Shown here piece after piece: positions 13,246-26,569 of a stretch of DNA of 64,000 nt. How positions within the stretch are numbered: the first letter of the stretch is position 1; each line of letters opens with the position of its first letter. Source of the DNA: Octopus vulgaris (lineage: Eukaryota). The notes below the pieces were generated by a model. That model did not search any database. It was not told where the DNA came from and worked only from the letters and a program-made list of their open reading frames with translations. Made by a program: the position numbers and the translations under genes. Location: NCBI GenBank assembly GCA_951406725.2, contig OX597814.1, positions 155,186,001-155,250,000 of the forward strand. The letters run 5' to 3'.

Positions 13246-14698
13246 TTATTTATCTCATTCAATTTCAGAAAAACCGAAGCATGCCTGGTAATTACGGAAC
13301 AGGTGCGTGACTTGCCTTCTGTTTGAGAGAATGTATTTCAAAATCTGTTCTTATACTTGATTATTATAGGTGTCAATGTCTTTGCTTTTCTTAAGATTTT
13401 CATCTGAATTTTCACTAATTTTTAAGCAAAACAAGATTCCTTATCAATTGATCAAATATCTTGCAAAACTGTAACATTCAAAATCATACAGGAACATTTC
13501 GAAATGATTAACTGAGTAGTAATAACGTTTGAAACGAATGCTCCATCTCCATTATAAAGTGCAATCAGACCAAGTTATCATTCTCAGTATTTCTAGTCCT
13601 CAATGGAGTTTTCAGTTTAAAGGAAAGTACACTTAAAATTTGCCAAAATATCTAATACTTTCAATAGACTTAACAAATTCTTGTACACGGCCAGCAGTTT
13701 TCGGGAAGGGAGTAAGTAAGTCGATTACATCGACTTCAGTGCTCAACTGGTACTTATTTTATCGACTCCGAAACGGATGTAAGGTAAAGTCAACCTTGGC
13801 ATAATTTGAACTCAGAATGTAAAACCGGACAAAATACCGCAAAGCATTTTACCCAGCATGCTAACCATTATGCCATCTTGCTGCCTTTCAGTAGGCTTAA
13901 TGTGTCTAACAAGCATACCGATATTTATACAAGCTCTGGAAAAGTATACATGGCGAAGAGATAAATGCTTTGTTGTTCAAAAATATTTGTATATCTTTAT
14001 GAAGCTCAAACATGCAGCCAAAATACGTCCGCAAGATAAATATCACACTTGTGTACAGTCAAGAAGAACTTTGAGTTCGAAACCTAAGCAATTTCATAAA
14101 ACGTTTGAAATGAACGGGGATTTTAAAGAGTATCAGCATGGTGTACGTATATACAATCTTTATACAAATAATCAAAACCTAAGTATTCTTTTCACAGTTT
14201 TCATAGCTAACAGACGTCTATGGAGAAAAAAAAATGAATGATATACAAGGAAAGAATCTTGCTTGTTATGGACTCAGCGAATCCAGACCGATTTTATAAC
14301 ATAGCTGGCGTAGAATAATTACATACAGAGTCAATGATGAGTGTACCTTATATGTATTCGAGGAAGAGTATTCAAGCTTCGACAATTACAAATTTGCATA
14401 AAAATTATTACTGAATATGAGAAAATATATTGAAATTCTTTTACTCTACGCTTCTCAGTTGGACATCTGACTCCAGAAGGATTATAAAGCCCATTCCACT
14501 TCCTTACTTTATTTTTCCTTATCATTGTTTGTGTGAAAGTTACAAAATAAAAAAAAAATAAAAAGAAAAAAAAGAAAAGACAGAAAACTCCACCAATAAC
14601 CGTATGTTATCACTGAAAGAGCCAACTTAATTGCTAAACAATATTATAGAAATATTTGATACAAGCGAAAGTGAAAGTAATTTCTGTTGCATCTAAAT

Positions 14699-14948
14699 CA
14701 GTAGCTCTCAACCTCGGTCCATATGACCTTTGGGGGTCCATATAAGATTTTGTTGTTAAAATTCATGTGCAATAAATTGGTTATACTTCTATAACAAAAT
14801 ATTTTAATAATTTCTTTTATACAATTCCTAATATTTAATTATTAGAGTATGATAAGATTTTTTCAAAACACTGAATGGCTACGCGGTTTTACTCGAGTAA
14901 AAGAGGAATCAAAGAGGTCCATAGGCAAAAAATGGTTGAGAACCGCAG
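14699..14948. mobile_element. hAT MITE, diverged
   Basis: cagtagctctcaacc ... ggttgagaaccgcag; internal similarity to 26570-26911. Confidence 0.7.
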
Positions 14949-15388
14949 AAAATAAACGTCCAAACAGGTTCAGATCACTTTTAGATATACAGAACAGACT
15001 TATTTTGATTTGAATCATGATAGAGAAAAGAAATGTTCTCTTCAACAGCAAGAACAAAACAAAAAGAAATTTTGTATGACCGCTTTACATAATTGCTCTA
15101 CAGAATTGTTCGATCCTCTAGAAATAGTAGTTAAGTCTCAAATATTTCTTTATTGTCTTAGAGAAGAAAGCGTCAAAAATTTAATGTCGGTTGTGTGTGT
15201 ATTTGCATTGGAAAGTTGAATTAGTTACGTGTGGATCTCATTTGGCTCGAACCTCCTTCTCCATTATCTCCTCCTCTTCCTTCTCCATCACTTCCTCCTC
15301 CTCCTCGTCCTCTTTCTCGTCATCATCATCACCACCAACAACAACACCAGTAGCAGCAACACGCATTGTAATCAATCTTTCCTTTCAG

Positions 15389-15509
15389 GTATAACCTTGC
15401 CCCTGCAGTTGAGCAGCTAAAATTATTTGGAAATTCATCCCCATATTTCCTTACTCTAAACACTCGTAGACTTGAAGACTACCTGGAAAAAATGGGTGGC
15501 AGGAAATAA
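15389..15509 (+). CDS. Candidate terminal exon of a plus-strand gene (YNLAPAVEQLKLFGNSSPYFLTLNTRRLEDYLEKMGGRK*)
   Basis: Strong acceptor aatctttcctttcag|G; phase-2 frame gives 39 protein-like residues then TAA; no upstream exon or nearby poly(A) signal confirmed. Confidence 0.35.
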
Positions 15510-15616
15510 CTCCTTTATAGACTAGTTGAAGTTGTGGAGAGTCGCAGCAAGTTACTTCCGGAAACCGATACATAGTCACAAATACAAATGTATACAAACA
15601 GACATACGGACAAAAA

Positions 15617-15673
<57 letters not shown>

Positions 15674-16004
15674 ACATACACACGCACGTACGCACGCACT
15701 TCACCCTCACAGATGTGGCTATAATTGAATTTGAAACACCGAAGTTTCAAAAACAGTTTTTCGTTTCAGAAGCCGTTCGAACAAACGAATTAATGGTTAC
15801 TTCATTATAATGTATAGTTGATCAGAAAAGGAGGGAGAGAGAGAGATAGAGAGATAGAGATATAGAGAGAGGTGGGGTATATAAGTATAGTGAGAGGTAA
15901 TCTACTTTTTAGATCAGCTTTCCACTACTTAAGCAGCAAATGGAAAACCCGCCAACTAAATGATAAAGATTTTGAAGATGCTTATCAATAACTCTATGCA
16001 TGAG

Positions 16005-16349
16005 TATGCATACATACATACATACATACATACATACATACATACATACATACATACATACATACATACATGTATACATACATACATACATACATGCATA
16101 CATACATACATACATACATGCATACATACATGTATACATACGTACATACATACATACATACAGACAGACATACATACATACATACATATATGCGTACTTA
16201 CGTACATACTACATACATACATGCATACATACATACATACATACATACATGCATGCATGCATGCATGCATACATACATACATACATACATACATACATAC
16301 ATACATACATACATACATACATACATACATACATACATACATACATACA
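16005..16349. repeat. (CATA)n tetranucleotide array
   Basis: Direct inspection. Confidence 0.95.
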
Positions 16350-16439
16350 AGACACTGTAGAATGAGTTTCGCCGGAAGGCCAAAGAGATAACAATCAAGT
16401 GTAAGGTAGAGTTCATAGCCAATCATTCAAGAGCGCAGT

Positions 16440-16720
16440 GGTAGGATGTCCCCGTCAAAATCCCAATAAAATATAAACATAATAGCTGAGATATAGTGAA
16501 TTTGAATTGAGGAGAGAAACTAAGTGTAGCAGCTGAAATCAGTTGCATAGCGGATGTCAACATAAAGCTATAAAGCCCTGCGCAAAAGAAAGCACCTACG
16601 CTGAAGTATTGAGAAATGTAACGCTACTCTACCTGGAATAAAAGTTCAAGTTTATACCTGTAATTATTGGAGCACGGGGATATGTAACAAACTGCCTATA
16701 TGCACCAAAAATACATATGA
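16440..16720 (+). mobile_element. RLE-type LINE endonuclease fragment
   Basis: Decayed EISC.ADVNI..K..TYAE.LRN..LLY..KFKFIPVIIGA.GYV. Confidence 0.6.
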
Positions 16721-17121
16721 AAGACACTTTGACAGTATCAAATGCTGTATTCTGTGTTCTAAAACAATATCCACGTTGGTATTAATACTTCTTCTGTCGC
16801 AAGTAATTTTTTCAAACATAAAACTGCAGGTTATTTGCGACACCAGTGCCTTATTAGAAGCTGAGATTCTATGCACATCACTAGCGGAGGAATTCCTGGT
16901 CTCTCTATTTTTCGGGGGCATGACATTGGTCAAAACCATGAAAGGCCCAAATCAGGTGATCTGGTAGCCCTAGCGGCAATGCCGGATGACTATCTCCGGC
17001 TAGCGATATAATCACAAATACTGGTATGCACCACAAGTTCATATGGGAGGTTCTTTCATGGTACCTATTACAATATTCTGTATTCTAACACAGCATCTAC
17101 TTTGAAGTGGATAAATATTAT

Positions 17122-17189
<68 letters not shown>

Positions 17190-17393
17190 GAAAAAAACCC
17201 ACCTTTTATCAATTCAAAATGAACAATTAAATTACACCATCTAGAAAATTACATATAATAGAAATATTCAAATTAAAATAACAATAAAATGTCAATGATT
17301 AAGTAAATTGCAAAAGAATAATAATAAAAACGTATATAAAATTTTATTCCCTTAAATAATAATTATATATATATACATAATACACCCCCCCCC

Positions 17394-17443
<50 letters not shown>

Positions 17444-17518
17444 TATATATATAGCATCAGAGAAAATATGAGAGAGTTAAATAGAAGAAAGTAGTAGAGT
17501 TCAATATATATATATATA

Positions 17519-18228
17519 TACACGATTTCCCCAAAGTAACTGATGGGTTTCAGCTTTTAATAACTTCTTTAACTTTTTAAATAAATGCATGACATTTTGA
17601 TACAATATAAAGGACATAATGGAAATTAAGCTGCACATGTCAAATATTGAAACACTGCTACATCACATATGAAAAATGACATCGCTTAAATGGCAGCCAT
17701 TTTGGGCTTCGCACGCCCATGCTCTTTCCAAAACTTGCACCATAACACCCACCAAGAGTTTCAGACTCCACTTCTCTAATTTCTCTATGGATGGTCTCCT
17801 TCAGTTGCACCAAAGTCTCCGGTTTGTTGACGTAAACTCTCTCTTTCAGGTATCCCCACAAGAAAAAATCCGGGCTAGTTAAGTCTGGAGAACATGAAGG
17901 ACCATTCAAAGTAGACTTCACACATGGTTCCACCAAGATGAGGCAACTACTCATACCGCAAGAGAAATAATGCAGTTGCCACGGCAGTGCTTTGGAGAGA
18001 GAATAATCTCCCGCTACAGCAATGCCAACTGGCCTTCATGTTCCCCAGACTTGACTAACCTGGATTTTTTATTGTGGGGGTACCTGAAAGAAAGGGTTTA
18101 CGTCAACAAACCGGAGACCCTGATGCTGAAGGAGAACATCAATAAAGAAATCAGAGAAGCAAGGTTTGGAACTCTTGAGCGTGTTATGGTGCAAGTTTGG
18201 GAAAGAGCACGGGCACGCGAAGCCAGCG
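17519..18228. mobile_element. Tc1/mariner-superfamily transposase C-terminal fragments in inverted arrangement
   Basis: PSCSPDLT..DF.LWGYLKERVYVNKPETL on both the minus strand (about 17690-17900) and the plus strand (about 18030-18225); TIR-like end at about 17519. Confidence 0.85.
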
Positions 18229-18239
18229 AAATTTCAAGG

Positions 18240-18500
18240 ACATTTATAAAGAGAGAGGTAGTCTTACAACTGTTTCAGGGATATAAAAGATATCCCAACA
18301 TCAGAGACAATATGAGAGAGTTAAATAGAAGGAAATAGTAGGGTTCAGTGTAAGAAATTATTCTGGAAAGGGAGAATAGAAGAAGGCATTCCACCGCATT
18401 CTTCGGATGACGTCCTTAGTTTTGGTGAGTAGGAGTAAGAGGAAAGTTTTTGCGAAGGAATAGGCATGTCCTTAAAGGAAATGCCAAGGAATTGTTTATC
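18240..18500 (-). mobile_element. PLE-type terminal repeat fragment with degenerate hammerhead motif
   Basis: Minus strand gtct-CTGATG-tt-GGGATAT..ATATCCC-t-GAAAC-agtt-GTA-agac; partial second copy at 17455-17503. Confidence 0.5.
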
Positions 18501-18501
18501 C

Positions 18502-18575
<74 letters not shown>

Positions 18576-20019
18576 TAAATAGCGCTGTGCTGAGAAGATT
18601 TAGCAATCGCAGAAATGATAGCCCTTAAGTTGTGTATGAGAGAGAAGTTACAGCATTTGCAATTTCGTTGTGTTAGACCGGGACTGGTGGGTGAAGATAA
18701 TAACTGGTTCATTGAGTTTAAAGGAGAAAGCGTCACTGGTACGATGGAGTATTGCGTATATTAGAGTGTTTTGTCACTTGCCTGAATCCAGAAACTACCG
18801 GTAATTTAAGTCAAATGACTGGTTGGAGATCTACTAGTTTTATACTAACTACTGAAGCCATTCCTAAACGAGTTTCAAAACGTTTCTGTTAGGCTTTCTC
18901 CCTTTTCCTCTCTAACACACATACATGACCTTAAAAACGCCAATGTTTAACACCACCGAAATATTTAGAAATCGCTTATCTCCACAATCATGTAGAAAGG
19001 TGGTGTTGGTGGGAGTAAGGAGGTACCCACGAAAGGAAAACGATATGATCACAATAAATAAAATCTAGGCATACCTTTGTAAATCGGTCACACTAAAATT
19101 TGTCCACCTTTCAAATAACAGTAGAACCTTCAGATCCCTTGCGAAAATAGTATCTTCAAGTTTTGCTGAATCTTTTTGCACATCACACTTCAACACAAAA
19201 GCGACCAGTCCAGACGGTATGACTTCCTTATCTGTCGAAGCACCTTGTCCAGATAGAGTTCTTGTCTTTGCAAAAAGGTTTCACCTGTCTCTATCAACAG
19301 AGACTTCAGGCTTTGGAATACACTACATGGTTTTCTAATTCCAAGAATTTCGGTATCCTGATTTTGTTAATTAACGCTTTCACATTCTTCCAACATCTAA
19401 AATTTGATGGAATCGCTTGTAAACATTTGCCTCCTTTATCATCACGAGTCACCTATTCTCCTCTGTAATCACCTATAAGGCATCCTCTAAATCCCAAAGT
19501 GATCACTTGTACGGCATCGACATAGCCTCTCAATGGACACCAACACAGCAACCACATAATCAGATATATTTGAGACTTGACCCTCAATGTCACTCAACAG
19601 TGGTTCCTCTCTCTTAAAAGTGACACTTCACAACACTTTTGATTTTCAACTTGGCCTGCTCCTTCTGTCCATCTCAGATTTCTCTGATGAGAAGATTCCT
19701 TTCAGGCAATAATAGTATATAGCTTGTATTAGGTTTCTCTTAGACTCGCTTAATTACATCCATAGGATTAAAAACTGGTACTCGCACCCAGCACACTTTA
19801 TCTGCAGACTCTGAACTAAAGAAATTTAAAAAATTAATACCAACCACATTTAGCTCACCTAACTAGGAAAACCCGGAGAAAACTCATTGTACACTGGTCG
19901 TGTTGTAACTACTTTTTTCTATCACAGTTTAAAAGATATTATCATACAATATTCATTCTGTTGTATTTCGGAAGGGCTATTAAACCAATAATAAACATGC
20001 ACTTGATCTATTCCACTCC

Positions 20020-20101
<82 letters not shown>

Positions 20102-20586
20102 CTCACTCTTTTATAATTCGTTAATATTATGGATTTAAATGTTAATAAAAATAGTAAAAAGAACTGAAACAGAACCAGTGCGAGTGTTTATTATTTGCAT
20201 AGTGACCCTCCTGAGATAGAATACAATCTGTTTCAACACGTGTTCACATGAAAAGTCTTACAAAGTAGCAAAAAGTATTACGATTTTTTTTTAATTTTTA
20301 AAAGGAGTAACTCATTTAAAAGCATCCACGGACCAAAGAAATAGATCCAGCAGAACAATGGATTAAGCCTATGAGGTGACAAGAGATCAGAATGAAAAGA
20401 GTAAATCCTATGTAGCATCTGGTCCAAAGTTAGCAGAGATCCAGAACAAACACCATAAGGCATTTTGGCTTACGTTCTTACAACTCTGCCGATTATATAT
20501 CTGCGTAAACAGAGTAAAGCAGACTGTGTGTTTTCATGTGTGTGTATGTATGCATGTATATATGTATGTATGTACATATGTATATA

Positions 20587-20671
<85 letters not shown>

Positions 20672-20760
20672 TATTAGGGAATATTACTTCCGAGTACACA
20701 GGAAAAAGACATTCAAATTAGATGTACTAAAATGAACATCTCTCAATGTTTAATTTGTAT

Positions 20761-20946
20761 ATATAAAAGTGATTTTAGAGACAGAACCACCTTCAACTCA
20801 ATCAACACTGAAAGATTTTATACAGGATTCAGAATATATATTGTTAGTATACGATTTAATTTTTAACATTTTATGGAGTGGTCGGGTATAAAACCTTTCA
20901 GTGTTGTGAGTTGAAGGTGGTACTGTCTCTAAAATTACTTTTATAT
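20761..20946. mobile_element. Foldback MITE with about 60-bp inverted arms, within (TA)n
   Basis: atataaaagtgattttagagacagaaccaccttcaactca...actgaaag.ttttatac mirrored at about 20886-20946. Confidence 0.8.
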
Positions 20947-21359
20947 ATATATATCACATACGCGCGTACACACACACAAACAATCAAAGTCAATAAAAGT
21001 TTGGTAATAAAAACAACCTGTGAAGTGAACGAGCTGAACGCTCTAGATTAATGATAAATTTCCAGTGATTCAAATTCCCCACATGGCATTAATATTTGTA
21101 TGTGACTAACTCCATACATTTCAAAGAAAATAAATGATCAAACATCATCCAAGTCTTATTTTCTGTCTCCTGAAAAGCTGAAACATTCATTGACAAATGA
21201 TACAAAGAGATCGTTACCGAAATCAGTTAGACGGTGCAAGGGAGATAATTCTCATTTCTGCACGTATCATTTCTGCCTGTATCCAACGCTCCATAAATTG
21301 CTTATTGCTTTATGGATGCTACGTTTGTTCCAGATGTATGATATAAATGGAGAATGATA

Positions 21360-21410
21360 GCTACTACTATCACTACTACAACAACAATAACAACAACAAC
21401 AACAACAACA

Positions 21411-21482
<72 letters not shown>

Positions 21483-21519
21483 GCTACTGCGGCTGCTGCT
21501 GCTTCTGTTATTGTTATTG

Positions 21520-21555
<36 letters not shown>

Positions 21556-21556
21556 T

Positions 21557-21595
<39 letters not shown>

Positions 21596-21596
21596 T
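21360..21596. repeat. Compound trinucleotide array (CAA)(CTA)(CTG)(TTA)(GTA)
   Basis: Direct inspection. Confidence 0.95.
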
Positions 21597-22928
21597 ACTT
21601 CTGTCTATACTGCGTTTATTAACTTTCATTTCAAGATATTATCCATGCATTCTGAGTCCGACTGAGAGACTACAGCAGTGTTGGTAGTTAATTCCTCAGT
21701 TGTTTGTCTCCGAATTAAACAGTAACAAAAGGCATTCCAGGCATGGCGACCACGATTTGCATTATCCAATTTTTTTCTTTTTCAAAGACACAGAGTGTAG
21801 TTTAGAGTTTTGGCTGTTATTTCTAGCCGAGTCTATCGTGGACTTACCGGTGAGATTTATCGATAGCGTAGGTGAATGTGTGTGCATTTTCCCTAAAGAC
21901 TCCGCAGTTAATTCTTGGAGTGGCGAGAAATTTGAGATGAAAATCGCAAAACTATCCTTCATTTGTGATTTTACCAGTTCATTCATTGCTCTCAATTGTT
22001 CCTAGTTTATTTATTTATTTATTTATTTATTTATTCGTTTTCCTTCGTTCTGCCAGTTAGATGATGATATATTTCGTATATATCACGCTGTTTCAGACAG
22101 CACGTTACTAACCTTGACGGAGCAACATGTTACCATTTGTTCATGATGTACTTTAAAGTTAACGAAAGGGAAAGGAATACGCTTGCAGATTTCCGAATTG
22201 ATCCTTATATTCATAAGATGCTAATCTTGGTTTGATAATTGGAACAATCGACGAAAATAAGGAAATGTTTAATTAGCGACTACTTTAAAATATTAGTCAA
22301 ACGCTTGTTCTCTCTTTAACAAAACAGTTTGTTTCTAAAATATAAAATGCAAATTTCCAGACGAAGTCGTAAATACGAGCAGATGTCAAACAATAGTAAT
22401 ATATGGCACTATAATTAAATTTTCTTCAAAATTAGTCTTTTGAATTTCGCCTCATTAATTTCTACTCATTTTTGTTATTTCCATAATTTTTCTAGTAATT
22501 TCTCATTATTTAAATTATTTAATTTTTTAAAATGGATTTGTTTAATCCACTATGCTTTGTTTATTTATAACTAATTATTTTCAATGTTTACTTTTAAAAT
22601 GCTTACATTATTCCCAAAATTACTTTCGTAATTTCTGAAAGCTACTGTTTCATAATTTTATTAACATACATTGCCAAGGAAATTAAACAGACATGCACAG
22701 CAGGATGCAGACATATCAATATGTAACTATTTCTGGAGGCAGTGGAATGGCAAAAACGCAGTTTATATATGTTTTAGATTATACAATTCAATCTTCTGTG
22801 TTCTGAATTCGAATCCCTTATGGTTTGAGTTGGCCATTCACCTTGCCAGCGTTGATACGAAGTCTCTACATGATCGAATGTTCGATATACTGCAAATCCT
22901 AACTAAATAAATCTTATATGTAACTCTG

Positions 22929-23237
22929 TGGAGGTGCAGTGGCCCAGTGGTTAGGGCAGCGGACTCGCAGTCGGAGGATCGCAGTTTCGATTCCCAGACC
23001 GGGCGTTGTGTGTTTTTATTGAGCGAAAACACCTACAGCTCCACGAGGCTCCGGGGTGGTGGCGGCCCCTGTTGTACTCTTTCGCCCAATTTTCTCTCAC
23101 TCTTTCTTCCTGTTTCTTGAGTAACGCTGCGATGGACTGGCGTCTCGTCCAGCTGGGGGGAACACATACACCATAGAAACCGGGAAACTGGGCCCATCAG
23201 CCTGGTTAGGCTTGAAAGGGGCGCATAAATAAATAAT
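22929..23237 (+). mobile_element. tRNA-derived SINE with V-domain-like segment
   Basis: Head tggcccagtggttagggcagcggactcgcag...gtttcgattccc; ctgcgatggactggcgtctcgtccag; (aaat)n tail; partial heads at about 38075 and 53331. Confidence 0.8.
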
Positions 23238-25137
23238 ATGTAATTCTACTATCTAAATGAAAACAGTTAACGACATAGCTAATAATATTGTCTTAGAGAA
23301 TTATCAAAGACAATATTATTGCCAATGCGTGAAGAAAAATAAAGAGAGAGAATAGTCAAGGCTAGAATGCCTTTGGTAAAAGCCCTATACGATCAGAAAT
23401 GACCATGAGATAAATAGAATAACAAGCGAGAATATCCGATACATTAAAAAATTCTCCTAGGAAAACAATGGATGTACCCTGCACAGGGTCAAAAACTATT
23501 TAACATAAATGTGTTGGAACATAGACAGCTCAGTCGCATGACTTTTAGAGCTCCCCTGTAACTTTTTGTTTCTAGGCCCCCATCCCTTCAATCAAAATTC
23601 ATAATCTACGCACCTTTAATTCATAGCTATATTTTACTATAATCTACCTGAAGTTCAATATTTCACGCTATCCTAAAGAACATTTTAAAAAGTACAAGTT
23701 AAATTTATTTAGGTTTATTACAAATTTCAATAAGTAAAACTTCCAGATATGAATAAAAGAGCACATTTATAATCCAGGCAACTTTCAAAGACAAACACGG
23801 CGCACTCTTCGCTCCGCGAAATCATTTATCATTTCAGAATAATCAAGCTGAGAGCTAAGTCCGTGATCAATAGATATCATAGACAATCCACAAAGTCTGG
23901 TACACGTTCGTGGTACAATGTAATATTTTTAGGAGAACTTTTGCAGGTACAATGTATTACCATTTTATTTCTTGAAATTTTCAGTTAACATAGTTTAATT
24001 GTTTTTCAACATCTTAACCAAGGTAAATAGATGATTCCTCTTCGTACTTTGATTTTAATACGGGGCTCCGCAACCATGGAGGCCCTCTGAGACGGGAGGG
24101 ATTGCAGGGACTTAGCAACGGCCCTAAACATAGAAATAATCGTGATGATGAATGACCGCGTCTTAAAATCATTTTAGAAATCATGGAGCTTTCTCCTGTC
24201 AGAACATATGTCTAGGGGAAGAATACTCTAATGTAAAACCTGAGGGCCGTTCAGTTTCTGTCGTTCCAGCCAAATGTTGGGGCAAAAGAAAAAAATTATT
24301 CTATATGAAAAGTGGATGTCGTTTTGTGTATGCTTCGTTCGTTATAATTCATTTTAAGTACAGGAACTTATTAGAACCAGAAACAGTCTATGGACATTTC
24401 AAAACATAGCCTTCCCTGTTGTATTGATCGTGCGGTTCGTCGTGTCTGCGATTATGAAATGCGGTAGGCTTAGTCAACTGGAGGAGCAGAACCGACTTCC
24501 CAATTCTCCAGTCTTTCTCGCAGTTCAGTCCTTCGTTGCTGCTTTTCTCTAAGATGTGCCTAAGAACTGACCGTACTTTCGACTTGAGTTCGCAGACACA
24601 CACACACACACACATACACACACACACAGTACTTCAAAGCTTTCTTTTTACTTTCTAAACTGTAGGATTGTTTCATGGAAATTTGGCGGCTTCAGGCGAC
24701 TAAAGAGAAAATCTCTAGTTGTTTCTGGAGTGGCGCAGAATCAGATTTGTTGTAAAAATATGAAAAATAATATAACCCAGATACCCTACCCCCAAAAGTC
24801 TCGTTTTTATTACGTGACACAGACTGGTGTTTCTATCAGTGACCCTTGTTGCTTTCATTGTTTAAACCTAGATTGGTCTTGATCGTACAGGCCAATAATC
24901 CAAGTGTCACTACCTCTGGCTTTACCAATTTTCCTTGAAACTGTACACCTATGACATCATTGAATGTGTCCTTTTTTTTTTAACTGGACGGAGATTTAGC
25001 TACTATTTTTGTGAGATCGTTTGACCGCAAAGGAGACACCTCGCCGGTTCGAAGAGGTTCTATTTCTCTCCAGCATATCAGTAAGGCAGTGATATACTAT
25101 TCAAGTAAATGAGCAGTTTTAAAATAAGCTACATCAA

Positions 25138-25557
25138 TACCTATTTCTTTACTACCCACAAGGGGCTAAACACAGAGAGGACAAACGAGGACACACAAAC
25201 GGATTAAGTCGATTATATCGACCCCAGTGCGTAACTGGTACTTATTTAATCGACCCCGAAAGGTTGAAAAGCAAAGTCGACCTCGGCGGAATTCGAACTC
25301 AGAACGTAGCGGCAGACGAAATACCTATTTCTTTACTACCCACAGGGGGCTAAACAGAGAGAGGACAAACAAGGACAGACAAACGGATTAAGTCGATTAT
25401 ATCGACTCCAGTGCGTAACTGGTACTTAATTTATCGACTCCGAAAAGATGACAGGCAAAGTCGACCTCGGCGGAATTTGAACTCAGAACGTAACAGCAGA
25501 CGAAATACGGCTACGCATTTCGCCCAGCGTGCTAACGTTTCTGCCAGCTCATCGCCT
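25138..25557 (-). mobile_element. Two tandem copies of the dominant tRNA-derived SINE (Meta-domain-like)
   Basis: Reverse complement of ggcg.gctggcagaaacgttagc...gagttcaaattccgccgaggtcgactttgcctttcatcctttcggggtcgataa...agccccttgtgggtagtaaagaaata. Confidence 0.88.
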
Positions 25558-25744
25558 TTAACTCTGAAAAGAAATCACTATGTAGCCCAAACGGCCGAAC
25601 TTGCCTCCTTTGTGTTGAGCCAGGCTGCAATTAGAGAGTCTGTAGTCATATGGACTGCATAAACTACGCAAGTCTTCGTTCACAAAGCTAAACTATAATG
25701 AAATAAGGCAAAACCATATTTTTAAAATATTTTTGGTGGTAACT

Positions 25745-25750
25745 TTTATT
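25745..25750 (-). promoter_or_regulatory. Candidate polyadenylation signal (AATAAA) of the chitin-binding protein gene
   Basis: tttatt on + strand about 430 nt past the stop codon, in AT-rich non-repetitive sequence. Confidence 0.45.
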
Positions 25751-26178
25751 TACATCTCATAAGACACAGAAGAAAATACTTCGTTTAAACAAAAATAAGA
25801 ACATAAGAAATAAACCAGAATTATTTATGTATTTTCAAAACATTGATTGGCATCTGGAATGGATATATGTTCATTAATAAAGATAACAATTATAATCATG
25901 GTAAAATTCATTCGAGCGTAACTTTGATCCATAAAATTCATCATAAATGTTAATTTTTGTTTTAAATATTTATATAAAAAAAAATGTTGTGTGACTCCTT
26001 GATTAAACAGAAAGCTCATTGAATTCCTGGTGATTCTTCTGTAATTATTTCTTCAAAAGATGGAGATTTGTTAATCTTAATCAAATTCTTGTGATCGGAT
26101 CAAATTACCACAGCTGAGTATGTGTGTGGGCAGTAACTGAGAAGTTTGGAATAAGGGTTCATAGTTTCGCCATATAAT

Positions 26179-26371
26179 TTACTTCCCGTACGAAAATCCG
26201 CCTCCACTACCACCACCACGTCCTCCACTGCCGCCGCCACCACTTCCTCCACTGCCACCACCACGGCCTCCACTGCCGCCACCACCACGGCCTCCACTGC
26301 CGCCTCCGCGACCGCCACTACCGCTACCGCCTCGTCCACCTTGGTTTCCGCCATAGTTTCCACTTTGATTG
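26179..26371 (-). CDS. Gly-rich chitin-binding protein, terminal coding exon (NQSGNYGGNQ, five GGRGG repeats, ending GGGFSYGK*)
   Basis: Acceptor ctttcctag|C in phase 2 completes GG+C; stop TAA at 26179-26181; this frame is absent from the ORF track, which shows a shifted Val/Ala-rich frame. Confidence 0.88.
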
Positions 26372-26569
26372 CTAGGAAAGATGAAAAATGAATGAAGATA
26401 TATATATATATATTAAAAAGAAGTTTGAAAACATATATATATATATATATGTACATATGCGCTGTGAAGCGCGTCATGTAACCAATGTACAGCCTCAGTA
26501 GAAGGTCCTACACTCCACTCCTAGAATTTCAATTAGCAGATAATCAGCAGGCGTCTATTTCCTCTACAT

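Noticed and set aside
18900-19900. Complex-sequence block that could be a decayed LINE or pseudogene (similarly 49620-50140 and 61080-61610)
   Set aside because: No diagnostic motif could be read in any frame; left unannotated.
21640-22005. Minus-strand ORF (MNELVKSQMKDSFAIF...) with an internal gtaagt donor
   Set aside because: No polypyrimidine acceptor, and a frameshifted continuation (KKLDNANRGRHAWN) looks more like a decayed LINE ORF1; not supportable as a host exon.
22929-23005. tRNA-like sequence with A and B boxes
   Set aside because: Continues into a SINE body and tail; no convincing acceptor stem. The same applies to the heads at 9037, 31881 and 48520.
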